From Candidatus Saccharimonadota bacterium (GTDB lineage Bacteria > Patescibacteriota > Saccharimonadia > UBA4664): DNA of 64,000 bases. The notes below the pieces were generated by a model that was not told the DNA's origin, did no database searches, and worked only from the letters and a program-made list of their open reading frames with translations. Below are positions 17,672 to 27,945 of the stretch, piece by piece. The stretch lies in the NCBI GenBank assembly GCA_019352195.1, contig JACAFG010000001.1, forward strand, positions 66,485 through 130,484, read 5' to 3'. The translations under genes were made by a program, and so were the position numbers. Position 1 is the first letter of the stretch, and the number at the start of each line of letters is the position of its first letter.

Positions 17672-18256
17672 TTAGCGGAGCAAACGAAACGCCGGCTCCT
17701 GGCGCTTCAACTGCGCCATCATGGCCTGCTCTACTGTATCGAGATCAAATTCGTGTAGCATGAGTTGATAAAACTGCCACATCGCTTCAGCGTCGGCCAG
17801 CGCTCGATGCCGGGCGCTCACGGGAATTTGGTGACGTTCGATAATGGCTTCCAAGCTATGCTTTGAATACTGCGGAAACAGGCGACGGCTGAGTTTTACT
17901 GTGCATAACAAAGGCGGCGCAAACAAATTGTGTTGCTTAGCAAATTCGCGCTTCATAAAGCCATAATCAAAGCTAACATTGTGCGCGGTAAAAATAGTCC
18001 CATCTAAAATTTCGAGCAACCGAGGTACCGCTTGTTCAAACTGAGGCGCGTGCTCAATGTCGTCGTTAGTGATGCCGGTAATTTCGGTAATTATGGGCGG
18101 CACATACCCAAGCGGGTCCAACATGGTCTCGAAAGTATCCACCACGCGGTTGTTCTCTACCCTAATTATGCCAATTTCGAGCACGCGCGAATCAATGCTT
18201 CCGCCCGTGGTTTCAACGTCAATAAAGGCCAGCGGATAACTCATCGGTTTCATCAC
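17672..18256 (-). CDS. DnaQ-like 3'-5' exonuclease (DEDDh family, DNA polymerase III epsilon-like)
   Basis: Exo I FIDVETTG, Exo II HNVSFDYGFM, Exo III HRALADAEAM. Confidence 0.8.
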   Translation of the reverse strand: MMKPMSYPLAFIDVETTGGSIDSRVLEIGIIRVENNRVVDTFETMLDPLGYVPPIITEITGITNDDIEHAPQFEQAVPRLLEILDGTIFTAHNVSFDYGFMKREFAKQHNLFAPPLLCTVKLSRRLFPQYSKHSLEAIIERHQIPVSARHRALADAEAMWQFYQLMLHEFDLDTVEQAMMAQLKRQEPAFRLLR

Positions 18257-18294
18257 ACTATCTTATGGGCACAGTCCCAAAGGGCGCAAGCGGG

Positions 18295-18498
18295 CTATTT
18301 GTTGGGTTTTTCGACCATATCGATAAGCTGTTTGATCAACTCGAGCTGCTCTTGGTTAATAGCAATAAGCTCGGCTACCTCTTTTTCGGCCCGCACATTG
18401 GTGTTAAAGTCGTGTTCGGCCATCACCGCGCTAATAGCATCTTGGCGTTTGGCTGCAATAAGCAAAATTGCTCCCTGCAAACCAGCCAACATCGACAA
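18295..18498 (-). CDS. small hypothetical protein (67 aa) immediately upstream of the exonuclease
   Basis: Co-directional, 38-nt gap, helical and charged composition. No motif. Confidence 0.3.
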   Translation of the reverse strand: MSMLAGLQGAILLIAAKRQDAISAVMAEHDFNTNVRAEKEVAELIAINQEQLELIKQLIDMVEKPNK

Positions 18499-18822
18499 AA
18501 AAAGTTCAGCAATATGAAGGGGTAGTTATCCCAGTGACCAAACAGGTCAGAGGTATTAATGAGCGCCCAAATGCCCATAAAAACCAGAAAGCCAAAAACA
18601 AACGGTCAGCTACCCATGCCGTTACGCAGTCTGTCGGCCGAGCGCTGCCCCATAGTGAGGCTACGCTTATGGTCGGTGTGCCAATTTGTTGCCATGCGCG
18701 CATTGTAGCATAAGCGGGTTGATCTGAAAGTACGGCTTCAGTTCGTCTGAATATTTAATTGCAACAAATGATAAGCCCCCGACGAGAGCGGGAGCTCATC
18801 AACGGGGGTCTAGAAATCGAAG

Positions 18823-19272
18823 CTACGACGAGCAATCGCGCAACGGATGCGGGTCGCTTGTCGTATTGTGGGCCGCCTTGTGGATGAGGTACAAAGTCGC
18901 CAGATCGAGACTCTCCAGGTCAGAGCCGGCAGCGATGTCTGGATGCCGCTCCAACAAATGATTCACAAGCACCCTACGGTCGAGGTTAAGGCTGCACCAG
19001 TGTTCGAACGCCTCCAAATGAGCACTGTCAGCTTGCGGGCTATCAGTGGCCAAGGTCCAGCGACTGGTTCGTTCGCGAGTTAGCCGGAACGTCCGCCGGT
19101 ACAGGCAGCCGTGCCACGTGTCGCCGTTGATGCCGGTGATAAAGGCTAGCTCAGCCTCTCCGCCAAAAGGGCGCAAACGCAAAGGCTGGCCGCTACGCCA
19201 ATGCTGCGCGAGCAGCGCCTCGGTCAGATCGGACAAGCCATAGACGATTTGAGGTGATACTTTAGTGACCAT
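18823..19272 (-). CDS. hypothetical protein, high-GC
   Basis: 149-aa ORF in a local high-GC patch. Ends at a CCCCCG…CGGGGG hairpin (18779-18815). Confidence 0.4.
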   Translation of the reverse strand: MVTKVSPQIVYGLSDLTEALLAQHWRSGQPLRLRPFGGEAELAFITGINGDTWHGCLYRRTFRLTRERTSRWTLATDSPQADSAHLEAFEHWCSLNLDRRVLVNHLLERHPDIAAGSDLESLDLATLYLIHKAAHNTTSDPHPLRDCSS

Positions 19273-19384
19273 ACCGCATCTCGTTTCTCGGGTTCGCTAC
19301 GGCTCCACCGCAGATTGGATATCGAGCCGTGCGCTCGAAGGATATTCTACTATTGCACGTTTGTCGAATATTAGCAATCAACAG

Positions 19385-19413
19385 TTGACAGGTATTAGTT
19401 AAGTTACTAATAT
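19385..19413 (+). promoter_or_regulatory. sigma70-like promoter (TTGACA-17-TAATAT) overlapping a 7-6-7 inverted-repeat operator TATTAGT-taagtt-ACTAATA
   Basis: -35 TTGACA at 19385-19390, -10 TAATAT at 19408-19413, palindrome at 19393-19412. The MarR ATG at 19425 is 11 nt downstream, consistent with an autoregulated, near-leaderless marR. Confidence 0.5.
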
Positions 19414-19424
19414 TGTTAGAGTCT

Positions 19425-19883
19425 ATGAATAATCACGAACAATCTATCAGCGAACTTTATGAACACTTGGGCGAACTCAAGCGTATGATGATGCGTACTC
19501 GCGATCAAATGCTTGGCGAGCACCAGCTTACCCGGACTCAAGTTGAAGTAATGGCGGCTCTTCGGCACAACGGCGATCAAACCATTGGCGAAGTGGCCGA
19601 TTATTTGGGAGTAACCCATAGTGCGAGTACTCAGACCGTTGAAACCATGGTAAAACGCGGGTTAGTTGAACGCTTTAACGACGCCACCGATCGCCGCATC
19701 GTTCGCATCAAACTCACGAGCGAAGGTATCGTCTTAGCCGATACGCTGTATCAAAGTCATCTTGGCCACATGAAAGCCGTGTTTTCTGATCTCAGCGAAG
19801 ACGAGCTCCGGGTCATGATAACGGTGCTGAGCCGGCTTACTCGCCAGTTCAACAATAATCCAGCCCCAAAAGGAGGTGAATAG
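19425..19883 (+). CDS. MarR family transcriptional regulator
   Basis: Winged-helix signature [67 protein letters not shown]. Confidence 0.8.
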   Translation: MNNHEQSISELYEHLGELKRMMMRTRDQMLGEHQLTRTQVEVMAALRHNGDQTIGEVADYLGVTHSASTQTVETMVKRGLVERFNDATDRRIVRIKLTSEGIVLADTLYQSHLGHMKAVFSDLSEDELRVMITVLSRLTRQFNNNPAPKGGE

Positions 19884-21487
19884 TGCCCGATACTAAACCA
19901 CGGCCCGTAGCCATGGCTGCTAGCTATGATGAGCCACAGGAACGCACCCACGCCGAAATTATGGTTGTCATGGGCGCACTCATGCTCGCCATGCTTTTGG
20001 CCGCGCTGGATCAGAGCATTGTATCAACGGCGCTGCCCAAGATTGGCCGTGAACTGAACGCGCTTAATAAAGTCTCGTGGGTTGCCAGCTCGTACCTCAT
20101 TGCTTCGGCCATTGTGACGCCAATTTATGGCAAACTTGGCGATTTATTTGGCCGCAAGAAAATCTTCCAGATCTCAATCGTTATCTTTTTACTGGGTTCT
20201 GCCCTCTCGGGGCTGAGCCAAACGATGAATCAACTCGTATTCTTCCGCGGCGTTCAGGGCCTCGGCGGTGGCGGTTTGATGGCGTTAGTACTTGCCATCA
20301 TTGGTGATGTGGTTCCTCCGCGGCAACGTGGCCGCTACCAAGGTTACTTTGGAGCGGTCTTTGGCATCGCCACAGTAGCAGGTCCGCTGCTCGGGGGCTT
20401 GTTCACCGATCATCTCGGCTGGCGCTGGATCTTTTACATCAACATTCCCCTGGGCATTGCCGCCATTGCGGTTGTCGCGGCGCGCTTGCACTTACCAGTT
20501 GTTCGCCGCGAGCACAAGATCGACTACGCTGGTGCAGCGCTCATGGCCTTCTCAGTAGTGTGCTTTATGTTGGTTGCCATTTGGGCCAATGTTACGTATG
20601 ACTGGGGTTCCACACAAATTATCGGCTTGAGCATCGGTGCCGTGCTGGGTACCATTGCGTTCGTTATTCGTGAGCACTACGCTCCTGAGCCGCTCATTCC
20701 TCTCAAATTATTTAAGAGCGACATCTTCCGGGTCGCCTCATTACTATCATTCCTCGCCGGTATCGCCATGTTTGCAGCCATTCTTTACATTCCGCTTTAC
20801 CAGCAGATTGTTCATGGCTACTCGGCAACCAAGAGTGGTCTGTTGATGCTGCCATTGGTAGCAGGACTGTTTTCCGCCTCACTCACCTCCGGGCGCCTCA
20901 CCACCAAGTACGGCAAATACCGCATTTTCCCCATCATAGGTACGCTCGTTTTAGCCCTTGGTCTGTGGCTGTTTAGTCATCTCGGCGTCAATACTAATCA
21001 AATCCTCATGTCGGCTTGGATGATAGTGCTGGGAGCAGGACTAGGCCTGTTTATGCAGGTGCCAACCTTGGCCGTGCAAAACGCCATGCCGCGCTCGGAG
21101 CTGGGTACGGCCACCTCAACAGTGACCTTCTTCCGCAGCATCGGTTCGGCCTTGGGGGGCGCCGTCTTCGGCACCATTCTCACATCGCGCCTCACTCACC
21201 ATTTGGCCCAGCAGCCCGTTGCGGCACACCTCCACTTGACTGCGAGCAGCCTTAATAGTGGCGCAGCCGCTGCTGCCGGCAACGTTCCGCCAGAACTAGC
21301 CGAGAGCATTCACGCCGCCATTTCACAGGCCTATGTTATGAGTTTTCATGACATGTTCCTCATTGCCATCCCGTTTGCTCTCGCCGCCTTTGGAGTTGCC
21401 TTGTTCCTGCGCGAACAGCCGTTACGTGGCTCGGCCGAGCAAATGGCCGAAGGCGCGGCTATGGAACCGACACCCGCTGCTCACTAA
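19883..21487 (+). CDS. MFS transporter, 14-TM DHA2 (EmrB/QacA-like) drug:H+ antiporter
   Basis: Motif [12 protein letters not shown], about 14 TM segments, 534 aa. Coupled to marR by a 1-nt start/stop overlap. Confidence 0.8.
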   Translation: MPDTKPRPVAMAASYDEPQERTHAEIMVVMGALMLAMLLAALDQSIVSTALPKIGRELNALNKVSWVASSYLIASAIVTPIYGKLGDLFGRKKIFQISIVIFLLGSALSGLSQTMNQLVFFRGVQGLGGGGLMALVLAIIGDVVPPRQRGRYQGYFGAVFGIATVAGPLLGGLFTDHLGWRWIFYINIPLGIAAIAVVAARLHLPVVRREHKIDYAGAALMAFSVVCFMLVAIWANVTYDWGSTQIIGLSIGAVLGTIAFVIREHYAPEPLIPLKLFKSDIFRVASLLSFLAGIAMFAAILYIPLYQQIVHGYSATKSGLLMLPLVAGLFSASLTSGRLTTKYGKYRIFPIIGTLVLALGLWLFSHLGVNTNQILMSAWMIVLGAGLGLFMQVPTLAVQNAMPRSELGTATSTVTFFRSIGSALGGAVFGTILTSRLTHHLAQQPVAAHLHLTASSLNSGAAAAAGNVPPELAESIHAAISQAYVMSFHDMFLIAIPFALAAFGVALFLREQPLRGSAEQMAEGAAMEPTPAAH

Positions 21488-21601
21488 GTCGGAGTTAATC
21501 GAACTCAGCAAGTAAGATTTGATCCAATACCACTCGGATTGCATGAGGCAGCCGGGTGGTTTCTGGTTATGCTAGAATAGGAGTAATAATAAGGGCTACG
21601 G

Positions 21602-22804
21602 ATGGCAGATTCTGTCGAGGCGTCAAAGTCCAAAGAAATCTCCGGCGAATTTAACGCTTCTACGAATGCCGAAGACTTATTGGCGCAGCTGCCCCAACCC
21701 GATGTGACGGCTGTAGTTGAAGCGGTTGCAACCGATCCGTGGGCCAATTCGCCGTGGACAGCCGGTGTCGATACCGCCAACCTAGAGCGGCCAGCGCGTA
21801 TAATGACTGATGCCGAAATTGAGGCCGCCAAAGCTAAGCCAGAATGGGTCGTAAAGGCTGAACGCAAAGAGGCGATCACGGAGGCGAGCCTAAGCATCAC
21901 CATTGATAAGGCAGCGCTCGCCACCATTCTGGACGGCCGTCCCGACCTCATTAGTCATGGCAATGCGGCGGATAGTTTAGACCGCGCCCGTGAGATCGAA
22001 GCGCAAATTGAGCGCCGAGCCGATCTCCAACGAACCATCGACGCCATTGCAGCGTTGCCCGAGCACCTCAATTTTCAGCCCGGAATCACGTTGGTGCTTG
22101 GCGAAAACGGCGTCGGCAAATCCACGCTCGCGAAGGCCTTACAACTGGCAGCCGAGGTAGCCGAGTGGGTAGACCAATTTGGAGGTACCTTCGAAGAAGC
22201 TAAGAAAATGGTGCTCCAAGGATCTGACTCCGCCCGGTCAACTTCGTCAGTACGGGTACAAATGTCGGGCCTTGCACCAGATATTGCACGCGCCATCACC
22301 GTTGATGAGATGCAAAATTATGGTTACCTGCGTTACTACGATGCCGCGGAGCTTATGGGCTCTAAAGTTGAAAAGCAGCTATCGAGCGCCATGGATTACC
22401 GGCTTAACTCTCAGATTGACGGTTCCCGGAATCGCTCACACCGTCAGACCATCGACGCCGATCTATTTGAATATGTAAAAGCCAACACCGAACGCGAATT
22501 GGCAATACGTCGCGCTCGTGCCGAAAATCATCCGCATCCGCTCGAAGAAGATGGTGCACCGAATTATCATGCCAACCGCAGTAGCGAAGGTCCCCAGATC
22601 TATTTCTTCGACGAACCAGAAGTCGGCATGAGCCCGCGTCGGCAGCGCGCGCTTGAGGCGCAACTAAAAGCTATAACCATGCCCGGTTCTGTCCTGATTA
22701 TCCCTACGAACTCAACTGTGCTCTACGATACCGACTTGCCCCGGATCGATTTAGAATTTCCTGAGCGCGGCATTTTTGGTCCCAGCGAGTATCCGGAGGA
22801 CTAA
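21602..22804 (+). CDS. soluble ABC-type/AAA_21-like ATPase with a 170-aa N-terminal extension
   Basis: Walker A LVLGENGVGKSTLAKAL. Walker B plus D-loop IYFFDEPEVGMSP. No TM. High-GC segment. Confidence 0.55.
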   Translation: MADSVEASKSKEISGEFNASTNAEDLLAQLPQPDVTAVVEAVATDPWANSPWTAGVDTANLERPARIMTDAEIEAAKAKPEWVVKAERKEAITEASLSITIDKAALATILDGRPDLISHGNAADSLDRAREIEAQIERRADLQRTIDAIAALPEHLNFQPGITLVLGENGVGKSTLAKALQLAAEVAEWVDQFGGTFEEAKKMVLQGSDSARSTSSVRVQMSGLAPDIARAITVDEMQNYGYLRYYDAAELMGSKVEKQLSSAMDYRLNSQIDGSRNRSHRQTIDADLFEYVKANTERELAIRRARAENHPHPLEEDGAPNYHANRSSEGPQIYFFDEPEVGMSPRRQRALEAQLKAITMPGSVLIIPTNSTVLYDTDLPRIDLEFPERGIFGPSEYPED

Positions 22805-23595
22805 GCCGCTTTCAGCTCGGCCACGGCCGGCACCATTTCGACAAGTTTAGCTCCTTTTACGAAGCTACCAGTCCTATTGTCCTTGGTGGCCACGTTAGCA
22901 CCAACCAGAAAACCGAGCAGTTGATCCACTTGTGGCTTGGCTGCGTCGTAATTGTAGCTAGATCCCGTCGGCCTGTAATCGTAAACATACGTAAAATCGA
23001 CTTCACGTACCGGCACGGCAGTGGCGCCCTTGACATACAAAAAGTCCTGAATCTTACGCCCCTCGACACTAACACCGGCTTCACCCAACGCCACAACATC
23101 TCCCCTATCCCAGGCTGGACGCGAATTGGGTGTCTCTAACGTCAGCATAAAATTGTCATCAAGTGAATCGGTGGAATAGCCCAGGCCCAAACGGTAAGCC
23201 TTGTCTTCGCCAACGTAGGTGAGTAAATCAATTTGTCTTAAAGACGCGTTGCCCTCCGCCCGAGGGTGGGGCCGAGACATGTCGGCAGCTTGGGCCACAA
23301 TTTCAGCCAAAGCAGCACGAACTTTCTCAATGCGCTCAGCGGATTCCGGAGTTTTGTCGGCCTCAGGTGTGATAGGGCGAAGATCAGCTGGCAATTCAGC
23401 CTTGGCACCAGTGGGAGCTGCTGCAACAACAGCTTCACCGGACACAGCCCCTTCCGCCAGCGGCGTTGGCACGGGCGCAACAGTTGGTTCGGCAGCCGTA
23501 GTCACATCGGCAGCTGCTACTTCGGTGGACACCGCAGGCGTCTCGGGAGCGGGCGTTAATGGTTCTGGCGTGGTACCAGCAGCGTCGATCGGCAT
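22801..23595 (-). CDS. hypothetical protein with Ala/Pro/Thr-rich N-terminus, convergent to the ATPase
   Basis: 264-aa ORF, low-complexity N-terminal 100 aa, globular C-terminus. No motif recognised. Confidence 0.45.
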   Translation of the reverse strand: MPIDAAGTTPEPLTPAPETPAVSTEVAAADVTTAAEPTVAPVPTPLAEGAVSGEAVVAAAPTGAKAELPADLRPITPEADKTPESAERIEKVRAALAEIVAQAADMSRPHPRAEGNASLRQIDLLTYVGEDKAYRLGLGYSTDSLDDNFMLTLETPNSRPAWDRGDVVALGEAGVSVEGRKIQDFLYVKGATAVPVREVDFTYVYDYRPTGSSYNYDAAKPQVDQLLGFLVGANVATKDNRTGSFVKGAKLVEMVPAVAELKAA

Positions 23596-23699
23596 ACGAT
23601 TATCCTTAGTAATTAACCGTAAGTATATACCACGCCAAAAGTCGGCGCGAGCGCCCTTGCCTCAGCCCAATCTCAGCCTAATAATGCTACGATGCGCGT

Positions 23700-24377
23700 A
23701 TGAGAATTTTAATTGTCGAAGACGAACACAAAATTGCCGGCGCCATCAAGCGCGGGCTCGAACAAGAAGCCTATGCTGTTGATGTGGCTTACGAAGCCGA
23801 CGATGGTTTGAGCTCGGCGCTCACCGGCGACTACGATGTAATCATTTTGGATCGCATGCTTCCCGGGCTTATCGAAGGCGTTGAAATCGCCAAAGAGGTA
23901 CGCGCAAACGGCCTTCATACACCCATCCTCATGCTCACCGCCAAAGATCAAATTGCCGACCGTGTGGCGGGCCTCAACGCTGGCGCCGACGACTATTTGG
24001 TTAAACCGTTTGCCTTCGAAGAATTGCTCGCCCGTGTGCGTGCATTGCTCCGCCGTCCACAGGAACATCAAGGTAACACTCTGGGGCTCGATGATCTCAC
24101 GCTGGATACCGTGTCATTTGAGGTTAAGCGTGCCGGCCGCCGGCTCGAACTTTCCCAAAAAGAGTTTGCCCTGCTCGAGTATTTGTTACGTAATCAAAAC
24201 CGTGTCCTATCGAAAGACAACCTTATCGCCCATGTTTGGGACTACGACGCCGACGTTCTGCCAAATACGGTCGAAGTGTACGTTGGTTACTTGCGTAACA
24301 AGATTGACCGCCCATTCTCCGGTCCAGCTCTGCTTCATACGGTTCGCGGTTTTGGTTATAAACTAGGGATAGAATGA
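23700..24377 (+). CDS. OmpR-family response regulator (receiver plus winged-helix)
   Basis: MRILIVEDE… D-box (ILDRMLPG), LTAKD, and C-terminal trans_reg_C motif VEVYVGYLRNKID…IHTVRGFGY. Confidence 0.85.
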   Translation: MRILIVEDEHKIAGAIKRGLEQEAYAVDVAYEADDGLSSALTGDYDVIILDRMLPGLIEGVEIAKEVRANGLHTPILMLTAKDQIADRVAGLNAGADDYLVKPFAFEELLARVRALLRRPQEHQGNTLGLDDLTLDTVSFEVKRAGRRLELSQKEFALLEYLLRNQNRVLSKDNLIAHVWDYDADVLPNTVEVYVGYLRNKIDRPFSGPALLHTVRGFGYKLGIE

Positions 24378-25435
24378 AACGCAATCTTCCCCAATTTCTG
24401 ACCACTCGACCAAGAATTACTCCAACCGTCAAACTAACAATTTCATACCTCGCCCTCCTCATGGCTTTAAGCCTGATATTGACGATACCGCTGTACCGAT
24501 CGTCTACCGGCGCCGCCGACCGTGGTCTGCGGAGCGAGCGATTGTACTTTGAGGGTGCTAATCCGTATTCCATAGGCCCCAACTATCAGCAGATTGAGCT
24601 AGGACAAGTTACCGGCTTCCATAAACACCTGCTCAATGAGCTCATTACTCTCAATCTCTTGGTGCTGCTGATTGGCGGTGGCCTAAGTTTTTACTTAGCT
24701 AGGCGAACGTTGTCGCCTATCGAGGCCGCCTTGGCTGCGCAAAGCCGCTTTGCTGCCGACGCCTCCCATGAACTTCGCACGCCCCTAACCGCTATGAAGA
24801 GCGAAATCGAAGTAAGCCTGCGCGATCCGCATCTACCGATTGCTGGTGCTAGGGAGCTCCTAAAATCTAATCTCGAAGAAGTTGCCAAGCTTGAAGCCTT
24901 GGCCGGCGGCTTACTGAGGCTCGCCCGACACGGAAATGAGCGCTTGCCGCTAAGCCCCGTTGATCTATCTGAAATATCGGCTAAGGCAATCAGTCGGCTA
25001 AGTGTAGCCGCCGAACAACAGCACGTCAGCATCAATATGGCGGATGTTTCGGGGACTGTTTTGGCTGATCCCGATGCGCTGCTCGAGCTAACGGTAATAT
25101 TGCTTGATAATGCCATTAAGTATTCATCTGCTGCTAGCGAAGTTAAGCTATATGCCAAGCGTCATGGCGCTATCATCGATTTCACCGTTAAAGACACGGG
25201 GACGGGTATTGCTGCGAGCGATTTGCCGCACATTTTTGACCGTTTCTACCGCGCCGATACATCACGCTCCAAAGTTACGCCTGGCTATGGGCTTGGGCTG
25301 TCCATTGCTGCGCGCATTGCAGAACTGCACGGCGCTAGCATTGATGCCACGAGCAAGCTGGGGGCAGGTTCGCACTTTACGATTCATTTGCGCGCGGCTG
25401 GAACGCAGCCCAAGGCACTGCCGGCCAAGGTTTAG
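24374..25435 (+). CDS. sensor histidine kinase (2 TM, HisKA plus HATPase_c)
   Basis: H-box AADASHELRTPLTAM. N-box LDNAIKYS. G1 DTGTGIA. G2 GYGLGLSIA. Start overlaps the stop of the response-regulator gene. Confidence 0.85.
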   Translation: MKRNLPQFLTTRPRITPTVKLTISYLALLMALSLILTIPLYRSSTGAADRGLRSERLYFEGANPYSIGPNYQQIELGQVTGFHKHLLNELITLNLLVLLIGGGLSFYLARRTLSPIEAALAAQSRFAADASHELRTPLTAMKSEIEVSLRDPHLPIAGARELLKSNLEEVAKLEALAGGLLRLARHGNERLPLSPVDLSEISAKAISRLSVAAEQQHVSINMADVSGTVLADPDALLELTVILLDNAIKYSSAASEVKLYAKRHGAIIDFTVKDTGTGIAASDLPHIFDRFYRADTSRSKVTPGYGLGLSIAARIAELHGASIDATSKLGAGSHFTIHLRAAGTQPKALPAKV

Positions 25436-25470
25436 CTCGAACTCAAACTACGCTATAATTAAGCGTAAGC

Positions 25471-27885
25471 ATGATTCAAACTGGCCTCACCAGCAAAGAC
25501 GCTGCCGCGCGGCAGCAAAAGTACGGCCGAAATGAAATCGTCTCAAACCGACGACTCCCGGGCGTAACCGCGTTTTTGAGCCGGTTCAAAAACCCGCTCG
25601 TCATCATCCTTATTCTCGCAGCGACGTTATCGGCGTTCGTTGGTGACAAAGTCAGTTTTGTCATCATTATCGTTATCGTGATAATTAGTATCACGCTTGA
25701 CTTTGTTAATACATACCGCAGTGAAGCAGCTGCTGACGCCCTCAAAGACAGGGTGCGCGTCCAGTCAGAAATTCTTCGCGACGGCGTATGGGTGAGCTTG
25801 CCCTTGGCTGAAATTGTCCCCGGGGACATTGTGAAACTGGCGGCCGGCAAAATAATTCCGGCCGATGGGCAAGTAGCCGAAGGCAAAGATCTGTATGCAA
25901 ACGAATCCTCCCTCACCGGGGAGTCGTTTCCGGTCGCCAAAGGTCCGAGCCTGGACCTGTATATGGGCTCAAGTATTATTTCGGGCGGAGGAACCATGCT
26001 GGTTACCGCAACGGGCAAATCAACCAAGTATGCGCACGTAGCTGCTGCCATTAGCGCTAGCTCTGGCCCCACCGAGTTCGATCGCGAAATTAGCCAGTTC
26101 AGCTTGCTCATTATCAAAATCACCACTGGCTTAGTGATATTTATTTTTGCTGCCAACGTCTATTTTCACCGCGGTTTTTTGGAGGCCCTGCTCTTTAGTG
26201 TCGCGCTCGCCGTTGGGCTGACGCCGGAGTTACTGCCACTGATTATTACTCTCAACCTCACTAAAGGTTCACTGGCCATGGCCAAGCATGGGGTCATTGT
26301 AAAGCGCCTGGCCTCCATCCAGAACTTTGGTTCCATGGACGTTCTTTGCACGGATAAAACGGGTACTCTCACCGAAGATCGGATTACCGTGGTTAAGTAC
26401 GTAGATGGTTATGGCGGCGTAAACGAGCATGTGCTTCTGAACGCGTATTTGGGGAGTATTTTTACGACTCGCTACGAGAGTCCATTGGACCGGGCAGTAC
26501 GTAACTTTCGCAAACTTGATGTCTCGGCCTATACCAAGCTGGACGAAGTGCCGTACGATTTTGAGCGCAAGCGTGAGAGCGTGGCCGTAGCTCAGGGCGC
26601 GCATGCCACCCTTATTACCAAAGGTGCTCCCGAAGAGATAATGAAAATTTGCCGCACCTACCACGATGGGCGTCCGTTTAGCGAAGTCGTAAAGCAGGTC
26701 ACGTCCCAATACAATGCCCTTTCGGCCGATGGTTTTAGGGTTTTGGCCGTGGCGAGCCGGGCACTGCCAAAACGCGATAGCTACGAGCCGGAGGATGAGA
26801 CAAAAATGGTGTTCGAAGGCTTTGTGGCCTATCTGGATCCCGCCAAAAAGAGCGTTCGCGGTACGCTAAACCAAATGACTGAATATGGTATTGAGGTAAA
26901 AATTGTCACCGGCGACAACGATCTAGTAACCAGTCGAATTGCCCAAGAAATCGATCTAACTGTGAAGGGCATCCTTACCGGTCTTCAGATTGAACGACTC
27001 AATGATCTTGAACTTCGCGAGGCGGCCGAACGTACTACGATTTTTGCGCGGGTGTCACCGGAGCAAAAGCTGCGAGTAATTCAGAGTCTGCAGGCAAGCG
27101 GTCACGTGGTAGGTTACATGGGGGACGGCATTAACGACGCTCCGGCGCTAAAAGCTGCCGATATAGGTATTTCAGTTAACAACGCCGTCGATGTTGCCAA
27201 GGATACGGCCGATCTGATTTTGCTACACAAAAGTCTGCACGACCTCATTGCGGGCGTTATTGAAGGCCGCCGCACGTTTGCCAACACGCTGAAGTACCTC
27301 ATGATGAGTTTGGGGTCAAACTTTGGCAACATGTTTTCGATGGCCGGCGGATCGCTTATTTTGCCATTCTTACCAATGAAAGCCACCCAAATCTTGCTGA
27401 CTAACTTGCTCTACGACACCTCGCAGTTTGCCCTTCCCATTGACAATGTCGACGTTGAAAGCCTCAAAAAACCGCGTAAATTAAACCTGCGCAGCCTTGA
27501 AAAAGCTATGCTTGTATTTGGTCCGCTTAGCTCAATTTTCGACTTTATAACCTTTGGCGCATTGTATTGGGGCTTTCACTTGAGTGAGTCGGGCTTTCAG
27601 ACCGGTTGGTTTTTGGAAAGTGCCGCCACGCAAACGCTCGTCGTGTATATTATTCGCACTCGCAAACTGCCGTTTATTGGCAGCCGGCCCAGCAGTTGGT
27701 TGGTAGTAAGTACCCTCACCACTGTGGCGGCCGCCTATATTATCGCGCTATCGCCAATCGGCCATTTCTTTGGCTTTTCGTATATTTCGCCGGAGGTGAT
27801 CGGTGTAATTGTACTGATCGTAGCCACTTACTTGGCGACAACTGAGCTCGTAAAACAGTGGTTCTATCGCCATGTTACGCTATGA
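25471..27885 (+). CDS. mgtA: P-type ATPase, MgtA-like (Mg2+-importing type IIIB)
   Basis: DKTGTLT phosphorylation site, TGES, GDGINDAPAL hinge. N-terminus LTSKDAAARQQKYGRNEI typical of MgtA. 804 aa. Confidence 0.75.
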   Translation: MIQTGLTSKDAAARQQKYGRNEIVSNRRLPGVTAFLSRFKNPLVIILILAATLSAFVGDKVSFVIIIVIVIISITLDFVNTYRSEAAADALKDRVRVQSEILRDGVWVSLPLAEIVPGDIVKLAAGKIIPADGQVAEGKDLYANESSLTGESFPVAKGPSLDLYMGSSIISGGGTMLVTATGKSTKYAHVAAAISASSGPTEFDREISQFSLLIIKITTGLVIFIFAANVYFHRGFLEALLFSVALAVGLTPELLPLIITLNLTKGSLAMAKHGVIVKRLASIQNFGSMDVLCTDKTGTLTEDRITVVKYVDGYGGVNEHVLLNAYLGSIFTTRYESPLDRAVRNFRKLDVSAYTKLDEVPYDFERKRESVAVAQGAHATLITKGAPEEIMKICRTYHDGRPFSEVVKQVTSQYNALSADGFRVLAVASRALPKRDSYEPEDETKMVFEGFVAYLDPAKKSVRGTLNQMTEYGIEVKIVTGDNDLVTSRIAQEIDLTVKGILTGLQIERLNDLELREAAERTTIFARVSPEQKLRVIQSLQASGHVVGYMGDGINDAPALKAADIGISVNNAVDVAKDTADLILLHKSLHDLIAGVIEGRRTFANTLKYLMMSLGSNFGNMFSMAGGSLILPFLPMKATQILLTNLLYDTSQFALPIDNVDVESLKKPRKLNLRSLEKAMLVFGPLSSIFDFITFGALYWGFHLSESGFQTGWFLESAATQTLVVYIIRTRKLPFIGSRPSSWLVVSTLTTVAAAYIIALSPIGHFFGFSYISPEVIGVIVLIVATYLATTELVKQWFYRHVTL

Positions 27886-27945
27886 CATAGTTAAGATAAC
27901 CAACGATAAGGCTCGATAAAGCGATCGGTTTTGTAGAATGCGTTA

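Noticed and set aside
24691-26709. Minus-strand ORFs inside the histidine-kinase and MgtA genes (24691..25158, 25476..26156, 26166..26372, 26269..26709)
   Set aside because: They overlap strongly supported, motif-bearing genes on the plus strand. No motifs, and the composition is biased.
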